DNA from: Octopus vulgaris
Taxonomy: Eukaryota
Length of the DNA stretch: 64,000 bases
Assembly (NCBI GenBank): GCA_951406725.2
Contig: OX597836.1
Location: forward strand, 12,648,001-12,712,000
Reading direction: 5' to 3'
In this document: positions 55,845-64,000 of the stretch, piece by piece
How positions within the stretch are numbered: position 1 is the stretch's first letter
How the letters are laid out: every line of letters begins with the position of its first letter
Position numbers and translations under genes: made by a program
Notes under the pieces: generated by a model
What the model saw: only the letters and a program-made list of their open reading frames with translations
Told to the model about the DNA's origin: nothing
Database searches by the model: none

Positions 55845-56445
55845 AAACTGGTTGGTGCTTGGAAGGGCATCCAGCCGTAAAAAAAACATGTCAAAGCAGA
55901 TCTTGCTGGTGCTGGTGTCACGTGAAAGCACCTAGTGCAGTCTGTAAAGTGTGGAAGGTCATCAAGGAAGCATTAGGAAGGGAATCCAGTCATAAAAACC
56001 ATGCCAAAATAGACCTCTCGTTAATACTGGTTCCACATGAAAAGTACACAGTACACTCTATAAGGTGATTGATATTACGAAGGGCATCCAGCCATAAAAA
56101 CCATTCGAAAGCTAACCTGGCTGGCGCTGATGTCATGTAAAAAGCATCCAGTCCTCTCTGTAAAGTGGCTGGTGTTAGGAAGGGCATCCAGCCATAAAAA
56201 CCATTCCAAAGAAGGCCTAGCTGGAGCTGATGTCATGTGAAAAGCATCCAGTTCACTCTGTAAAGTGGCTGCTGTTAAAAAGGACCTCCAGCCATGAGAA
56301 CCATGCCAAAGCAGACCTGGCTGGTGCTGGTGTCACACAAAAAAGCACCCATCCCACCTTGGAAAGTGGTTGGTGTTAAGAAGAGCAACCAGCCATACAA
56401 ACCATACCTAAACAGACACTAGAGCTTGGTGTGGTCCTCTGGCAA
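55845..56445 (+). repeat. ~100-bp tandem array (~6 units) built from the RTE 3' UTR module
   Basis: GTAAAGTGGYTGGTGTTAGGAAGGGCATCCAGCCATAAAAACC recurs at ~56060, 56160, 56260 and 56360. Confidence 0.8.
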
Positions 56446-57884
56446 TAGAGCCAGACAGGGTCCTAGCTGTAGGGGTGCTAGATTCCCTTGTTCGAAAATA
56501 TAAGGACACAGATCGTGTCGTATAGCCAGCTGGAGACGATGTCTCATGGAGCTAAATCACAGCAACATTCATCCTAAACCAGGACTGCCATGTTATGTTG
56601 GCAAATAATCTTTACTCCACACTACAGAACATCCTGGAAATGAGCAAGAAAAGAAAATAACCAGCTGCAATGGACACCTCACATACATACATACACTCCA
56701 GACCCCGCTGCACCTAATAATAAACTGATTAAAATCTCACATGATGATATTCTGATCAGAGTCAACAATGAAGAAATATATCAGAGACAATACAGAAAAA
56801 ATCGAAGGAAGCATCGCAAATTCAATAAAGATGGATCGACGAAAACACTTCCCCAGGCAACGAATGAGTAAACGTCTTGGGGGGAAATAATGGCTAAATA
56901 CAACAGAATTCCACCCCAAAGAAATTCTCTTTCTCTCTCACCACAGAAACGAACCCAAATACAAACATAGCTATAAATGACCTAATTTATTCTTGGTAGC
57001 CATGGCAGTATCGAAGGAAATCAAATAAGAGTCTAATAGAGTTAAGTTTGTCTTTTTTTTTTTTCACAGTGAAGCCAGCCAAAAGCAATAAAAAAAAAAG
57101 TAGAGAGTAAATATATTATTAAAAAAAATTAGTGGAAAAAATAGGAAATGTCTTATCTTCCTGCAGAGAAATGTAAAAGAGTAGTAGGGCAGCGGGCGGG
57201 GAAACTTTATGTAAAAACGAAGAAGAATGAATTAAATATTAATATGAAATAAAACATTAAAAAAACTGAAGAAAAAAAAACATGAACAAGCAGTAAACAC
57301 ATTTTCTCATAGGAAAGTCATGTTGGATAAGGCATTTCAAAAAATAGAAAAGTGGCCACTTGTTTTATGAGATTAAGTTATTTGAAAGGAAAAGATTATC
57401 TTTGGATAAAATGGTTGCCCTGTGTTTTAGTTATGACTCTTCGTGTTTCGAGATCAAATTCCACCAAGGTCAACTTTGCCTTTCATTTTTTCAGGGTCAA
57501 TAAAATAAGTACCAGTTGAACATTGGGTCGATGTAATCAACTTACCCTCTTGCCAAAAATTGCTGGCCTTGTGCCAAAATTTGAAATCAGTATTTTGAAT
57601 TACATATATATGGGTGCACCAAAATCTTTTAAGTGCTTAAGGCCTCTACGGGTCTTAATCGGGCCCTGGTAGCCATATATTATTATGGTTAATGTGGATT
57701 ATTTTCAGACCCCTGTTTGGTGACTCCCTGCCAATGTCTTCTCTAAGCCCTTTAAGTGTCTCAATGTATCACATGCCATTTAGGGTACAGTCATGTTCCC
57801 AGTAATCATAGAGAACAATGTTCATATTCTTCACCCTTCTAAAATAATCGCCATGACTTTCTTTGACAAACACTCGTCTTTCTC

Positions 57885-58340
57885 TTCTTTCAGCCATTAG
57901 ACCATGGCCATACTGGGGCACCACCTTGAGAGATTTTTAGTCAAATGCATCAACCCCAGTACTTTTATACTTTTACTTGTTTCAGTCATTTGACTGTGGC
58001 CATGTTGGAGCAGTGCCTTGAAGGATTTTAGTCATACAAATTGACCTCAGGACTTATTTTTTATACCTGGTACTTATTCTATCAGTCTCTTTTGCTGAAC
58101 GGCTGAGTTGCAGGGAGATAAATGCACTAATGCTGGTTGACAAGTACAGACACAGACATATATACATACATATATGACAGGCTTCTTTCAGTTTCCAACT
58201 GGCAAATCCACTCACAAGCTTTTGGTCAGCTCAAGGCTATAGCAGAAAACACTTGCCCAAGGTGCCATGCAGTGGGACTGAACGTGGACCCATATGGCTG
58301 GGGAGCAAGTTTCTTTCTACACAGCTCACGTCTGTGCTTA
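57885..58340 (-). mobile_element. Older family-1 SINE with duplicated tail
   Basis: Reverse-complement tail, body and head motifs. Confidence 0.75.
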
Positions 58341-58479
58341 TGTTCTTCAAATTCTTAAACCAAGGAGAAGAAGTGTGGCAGATAATATTTCATGAACTGA
58401 GCCTTCACTTCCAAATCACAAAAGACCCAACTTCTGTCAGTTAACAGAAAAGCTATGCCTGTTTTTCTGCATCGTTTTC

Positions 58480-58851
58480 GGTACAGACTTCATATAATAA
58501 AAACACAATGATCAAAAAAGCGACTGTAACAGAATTCTAAGCATGTTGGAGTAAAATATATGGAAGAAAATACAGACCAGAACCAAGATGTACTATGGAT
58601 GAGAATGAAAAAGGGAGTGGAAAACTGCAATGCTAACGTAATTTATAACCCAGTGTTAAGCAGAACAAGGAATTCACCAATAAATAAAAGAGTGCTAGCA
58701 GCCGGAGAGCTGGAAAGCTTTTGGAATTGATAAAATACCCAATTTCAGAGGGTGGAATACATGATCGGTGTACATGAAACTGCCAAAGAAGCATTGAACA
58801 AATTACATACGTACATGCATGTGTGTGTGTGTGTGTGTGTGTATATATTCA

Positions 58852-58884
<33 letters not shown>

Positions 58885-59305
58885 GTGTGTGTGTGTGTAT
58901 ATATATGTGTGTATATATATATATGTATGTATGTATGTATGTATATGTGTGCATATATACCTACATATACACACACATGCACACATATGTATGAATATAT
59001 ATATGTAATTATGTATGAATATGTATGTATTTATGTATGTATATATATATATATATATATATGTATATGTATATATATATGTATATATATGAGTGTATAC
59101 GTATATATATATACCTACATATACAAACACTCATACCTAATATAAATATATACACACACACACATACCTGTATGTATGAATATATATATGTAATTATGAA
59201 TATATATATATATGTATGTATGAGTGTGTATATATATGTATGATGATGATGATGATGATGATGTATGCATATATATATACCTACATATACACACACGCAT
59301 TCCTA

Positions 59306-59342
<37 letters not shown>

Positions 59343-60061
59343 TACATACCTATATATATACACATATATATATATATTTATATATATATATTTGTACACA
59401 CACACACACATGCACACCTATATATCCCCCACACACACATATATATATATGAACACTTGATTTGCTACCAGAGAAAGAAGAAAACAGCAATGATTCCAAA
59501 AACAAAAACAAAGGAACATATAAACAAACAAATATATAAATAAATAAATAAGCACGTGGGTTGTTGGAAACTCGGGGCTAATAATAACCAGTTTACTGAC
59601 AAAATACAAAACCCCTCAATGTTGGCTGCTTATCTTGAAAGTAATATCTTATCAGGGGAATAAAAGGGAGCGTTAAAAAAGGGGATTGTGTTGTTGTAAA
59701 GAACAGTTATTGATGAACAGAGCAGTTAATGAAGACAGCAAGCTTAGAAAGAAATATATATATGTGTGTATATATGTGTGTGTGTGTGTATATATACATA
59801 TATGTGTGTGTGTGTGTGTGTGTGCATGTATATATATATGTGGTGTGTGTGTTTGTGTGTATATATATGTGTGTGTATATATGTGTGTGTATGTATATAT
59901 ATATATACATGTGTGTATATATGTGTGTGTGTATATATATGTGTGTGTGTGTGTATATATATATGTGTGTGTGTATATATATATGTGTGTGTGTGTGTAT
60001 ATATATGTGTCTGTGTATATATATATATATATACATGTGTGTGTATATATGTGTGTGTGTG

Positions 60062-60110
<49 letters not shown>

Positions 60111-60175
60111 GTGTGTATATATGTGTGTGTGTTTGTGTATATATATGTGTGTGTGTATATATATATGTGTGTGTG

Positions 60176-60206
<31 letters not shown>

Positions 60207-60560
60207 ATATATATGTGTGTGTGTGTGTATATATATATATGTGTGTGTGTGTGTGTATATATATGTGTGTGTGTGCATGTATATACATGTGTGTGTGTGT
60301 GTGCATATATATTAGCATGGCACGGAGTGATAAACTGAAAAGCATTTGACAGCCCATCAGATTCTTGGATATTGGAGATGTGCCTATTAAAACAAAGCTA
60401 CCCCAATATTAAGACTGATCTACACCAAAACGGGAAACAGACAGCTCCATCACTTGAAGACAATGCAATGTTAAAAGTAAAAAACCTCTACTCAGATCTC
60501 AACAAAACAGGAATGTTTGGTGGGGAAATTCTTAAATCGTCTTTTGTTCTTTTCCCTATG
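58480..60560 (+). pseudogene. Decayed R4/Dong-like (RLE) LINE RT in three pieces split by microsatellites
   Basis: SWKAFGIDKIPNF..H (~58700), CKEQLLMNRAVNEDSKLRKK (~59690), MA....KAFDS..SWILE (~60315) and a GxFxG-like block (~60510) occur in the expected RT order. Confidence 0.7.
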
Positions 60561-60862
60561 TCTAAACATAAGCAAAAAAAAAAAAAAAATAAAAAGAGGG
60601 AGCATAGATGCAGGCATGGCTGTGTGGTTAAGGTGCTTGCTTTGCAGCCATATGGCTTTGAGTTCAGTCCCACTGAGTGGCACCTTGAGCAGTTGTTTCA
60701 CCAGGGCTTTTTGATTAGATTTGGTAGAGAGAAGCTGAAAGAATCTTGTCATATATATATATATATATATATAAAGGGAAAGTTTACAAAAATAAACAAA
60801 AGACGAAGGCAGGTGGTGTACAAACAAACGTGTATTAGTATAGCGCTCAGGAATAGAAAAAG

Positions 60863-60900
60863 TCTTTTACATTTCGAGCCTACGCTCTTTGACAGAAAGA
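60863..60900 (-). ncRNA. Hammerhead variant (CUGUCAA core) in a TA-flanked PLE-like unit (~60772-60960)
   Basis: Minus strand: UCUUU-CUGUCAA-A-GAGC-guag-GCUC-GAAAU-GUA-AAAGA. Confidence 0.6.
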
Positions 60901-62071
60901 TACACAGAAAAAAACGAGGAGAGAAACAAGGAGAGAAAACAATGTGTGTAGTAGCTAATATATGTGTGTGTGGGGGGGGTGCAATGGCCCCGTGGTTAGG
61001 GTAGTGGACTCGTGGTTTCAACTCCCAGACCGGGTGTTGTGTGTTTAATGAGCAAAAACACCTCCGCCAGGCTCCATCAGGTGGAGTGTGGAGCAACCCC
61101 TGTTGTACTTTTTCGCCCCAACTTTCACTCTTTCTTCCTGTTTCAACCTGGAACTATGCTTCAAGCACTTGGCCAAAACACCAGGCCCTGGGAGAGAACA
61201 AGATACCACACGGTTGCAAACTGAACTGCTTAACCACACAGTCTTGCTTCCTCCCCATTCGTATTTATTCTTTATAATCAGACAATGTTATTTAAACAAT
61301 ATATTTCATACGTAATAAAGACACAAAAGAAATAAAACAACTATTATAAGTATTATTTGTACTTATTGAAGATCTGTGTAATATTGCTATCTTCATGGTT
61401 TATTAATTTTAACCTTCAATTCAATAATGTTATGAGATGCCTGTATTCATTATCTTTTCTCTTTTATAATGGAGAACTATTTTTTCTTCATTTGTGTTAC
61501 TATTCACCCTTGGGTCAGTTCTGTATTCTTCATCCTGGCCCAGAGTAATGTGGGGTAATATCAATAATGTACTGTAAAAGAAACAAGAAAATATTTTTAA
61601 TAAATGCTTTTTTTCTTCAGGATAATCTTGCTGGATTAGAGGTTTTGCTTTTATCTTCTCAGATAAATACAATAATAATAAAAGGATGACTCCTTTCCCA
61701 GTGGTATAAGACTCATAGGAACAGTTTCCTAGATTTTGTGGCGTATATATTCATCCCCTGGATGAGATACCATTCCATTCACAGGATTTTTGCCAGCTGA
61801 ATGAACTGAAGCAAGGTGAATGAAGTGTTTTGCTCAAGAACACAATGCAATGTCCAGTCTAGGAATTGAAACCACAACCTTATCACCATGAATCCAACAC
61901 TCTAACCACAAGAAAATGTTTTTGATAAATGCTTTCTTCAGGATAATCTTGCCGGATTAGGAGTTTTGTTTTCATCTTCTTGGATGAATAGAATAACCAA
62001 AATAATGAATATAGCAACTTCCCAAGTTATATAGACTCATAGGACCCATTCAATGGATTCTGTGGCATATA

Positions 62072-62295
62072 CAGGGTAGGTAAAAAGTAAGTAGGCATTA
62101 AAAATTGGTAACAAAAAATCCATATTCCTTTTACAAATATATTGAAATAAATGATTTTTTTTTTTTTAAATCTTCCATATAAGTACTGGTAGCATCAACC
62201 AGTTTCCTCGAATGACCCGGGATGGAATAAACAACCTTCTGAAGGATGTCATGTGGGATATCATTGACAACCTCCTGAATCCATTCTCCTAGTCC
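62072..62295 (-). mobile_element. Tc1-like transposon end fragment
   Basis: TA|CAGGGTAGGTAAAAAGTA TIR-like end; minus frame IQEVVNDIPHDILQKVVYSIPG..RKLVDA resembles the Tc1 transposase C-terminus. Confidence 0.6.
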
Positions 62296-62683
62296 TCCAG
62301 TGTGTGAGCATTTCACCTGGCGTGCTAACGTTTCTGCCAACTTGCCACCACGTCCAGACCTCTCATATGCACTAATACTCTCTCTCACACACACACACAC
62401 ACACACCCTTATACATACTAATACATACTAATACATACACCAACCCTATACATACACACGTCCAGACCTCTCATACGCACTAATACTCTCTCATACACAC
62501 ACACACACACACACACACCCTTATGTTGGAGCTGGTCACTCAACCCTATTATCTCCCCTAATTTCGCTCTCGCGTCTCATGTTTGATCTTTGACTTCTGG
62601 CCGAAATCAGATCGCCATGTTGGTTCGTTAGTTACTGCACGCATTTTTTTTCTCTCCTTTCTGTGTTTTTTTCTCTCTGTGTA

Positions 62684-62721
62684 TCTTTCTGTTGAAGAGC
62701 GAAGGCTCGAAACGTTAAAGA
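62684..62721 (+). ncRNA. Hammerhead variant (CUGUUGA core) in a PLE-like unit (~62560-62830) ending in TA repeats
   Basis: UCUUU-CUGUUGA-A-GAGC-gaag-GCUC-GAAAC-GUU-AAAGA; homologous to 60772-60940 in inverted orientation. Confidence 0.65.
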
Positions 62722-62834
62722 CTTGTTTTATTTATATTTCCTGAGCGCCATACTAATACAATTGTTTGTTTGTTTTCCACCTGCCTTCGTCTTTTGTCTA
62801 TTTTCATAAAGCTTCCCGTTATATATACATATAT

Positions 62835-63482
62835 ATTCTTTTCTACTCTAGGCACAAGGCCCAAAATATTTGGGGAGGGGGTTCAATCGATTAGATCGAA
62901 CTTAGTATGCAACAGGTACTTAAATTATCAACCCTGAATAGATGAAAGGCAAAGTTGACCTTGGCGGAATTTGAACTCAGGACATAGCAACAGACGAAAT
63001 ACCGATAAGCATTACACTCTGTGTGCTAACATTTCTTATTTCTTTACTGCCCACAAGGGGCTACACACAGAGGGGGAAAACAAAGACAGACACAGATTAA
63101 GTCGATTATATTGATCCCAGTGTGTAACTGGTACTTATTTAATCAACCCCAGTGCATAACTGGTATCTATTTAATCGACCCCGAAAGGATGAAATGCTAA
63201 GTCAACCTCGGCAGAATTTGAACTCAGAACGTAACAGCATACAAAATACCTATTTCTTTACTACCCACAAGGGGCTAAACACAGAAAGGACAAACAAGGA
63301 CAGACAAATGGATTAAGTTGATCGTATCGACCCCAGCGCGTAACAGGTACTTATTTAATCAACTCCGAAAGGATGAAAGGCAAAGTTGACCTCGGCGGAA
63401 TTTGAACTCAGAATGTAATGGCAGACGAAATACCGCTAAGCATTTTGCCCGGCGTGCTAACGTATCTGCCAGCTCGCCACCT
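62835..63482 (-). mobile_element. Family-2 SINE trimer (headed tail-A unit, headless tail-A unit, terminal tail-B unit)
   Basis: Same architecture as 22120-23240 but more diverged. Confidence 0.85.
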
Positions 63483-63761
63483 TGTACTACTAATAATACT
63501 ATAATATTTTGTGTTTCTTTTCTTATAATTTTCATACGCAAAGTATTCTATAAGTATAAAAAAAATTAATTAAACAATATTGCAGAAGATATATAATAAA
63601 GCAGCCCTTTGGGGCTCAGAAAATGTAAAAATTTATAGATGATGTTCATAGTTGAATTATGACCTTTAATGGGTTAGCATGATCCTTTTTGTGTGTAATT
63701 TGATGGAGATTTTCTTGAAGGTTGATCAAGTGACCACATGCAAGAGGCTCCTTCAGTTGGC

Positions 63762-63893
63762 TTAAGGATATGTTGGGGAGGATACGTCGGATATGTCGGG
63801 AGGTGGGCGGGTCGTGACACTGAACGGAAGTTGATGCGTGACATGAAGGCAACGAGGCATACAAGAACATGTCGAAATGGTGTCTACGTCTAT
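63762..63893 (-). CDS. Candidate terminal coding exon (IDVDTISTCSCMPRCLHVTHQLPFSVTTRPPPDISDVSSPTYP*)
   Basis: Long pyrimidine tract TTTTTTTTCCTCTCATCTGTTTCCACTCACCAAG| (the alternative TAG 4 nt later keeps the frame), CpG-rich unique sequence, 43 codons to TAA. Confidence 0.5.
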   Translation of the reverse strand: MDVDTISTCSCMPRCLHVTHQLPFSVTTRPPPDISDVSSPTYP

Positions 63894-64000
63894 CTTGGTG
63901 AGTGGAAACAGATGAGAGGAAAAAAAATTTGTGCTGATGTTGCAGAATTAAGAATAAAAAGAGTTAGTTTTGAAGAAGTAAAACAATGGTTATATATATA

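Noticed and set aside
61474-61553. Hydrophobic frame TIFSSFVLLFTLGSVLYSSSWPRVMW as a next TM exon
   Set aside because: Needs a rare GAG acceptor, and T-rich DNA gives hydrophobic frames by chance.

Overview
Eukaryotic, AT-rich, microsatellite-saturated DNA. Its SINE families and repeat texture strongly resemble an octopus (coleoid cephalopod) genome; this is from recollection, not a search. There is no intact long ORF, and nearly all listed ORFs are microsatellite or repeat artefacts. The window is a mosaic of three tRNA-headed SINE families, RTE-LINE 3' ends, fragments of Tx1/L1-, CR1/L2- and R4/Dong-like LINEs, non-autonomous Helitrons, and piggyBac and Tc1/pogo MITEs. Genic signal is sparse. 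Two phase-compatible micro-exons on + (1146-1192, 18338-18412) encode a peptide resembling the N-terminus and TM1 of a membrane adenylyl cyclase. A probable terminal exon on - (63762-63893) has a cystine-knot-like CSC end. Main observations: (i) at least eight minimal type-I hammerhead ribozyme motifs of the Penelope-like (PLE) kind from several families, some with recurrent non-canonical cores and four within ~1 kb; (ii) a Tx1-like LINE found three times inside (TATC)n that shares its 3' tail (36/42 nt) with a SINE that forms self-nested tandem arrays; (iii) a duplicated ~110-nt pre-miRNA-like hairpin; (iv) a 95-bp near-perfect palindrome. Boundaries of old repeats are approximate.
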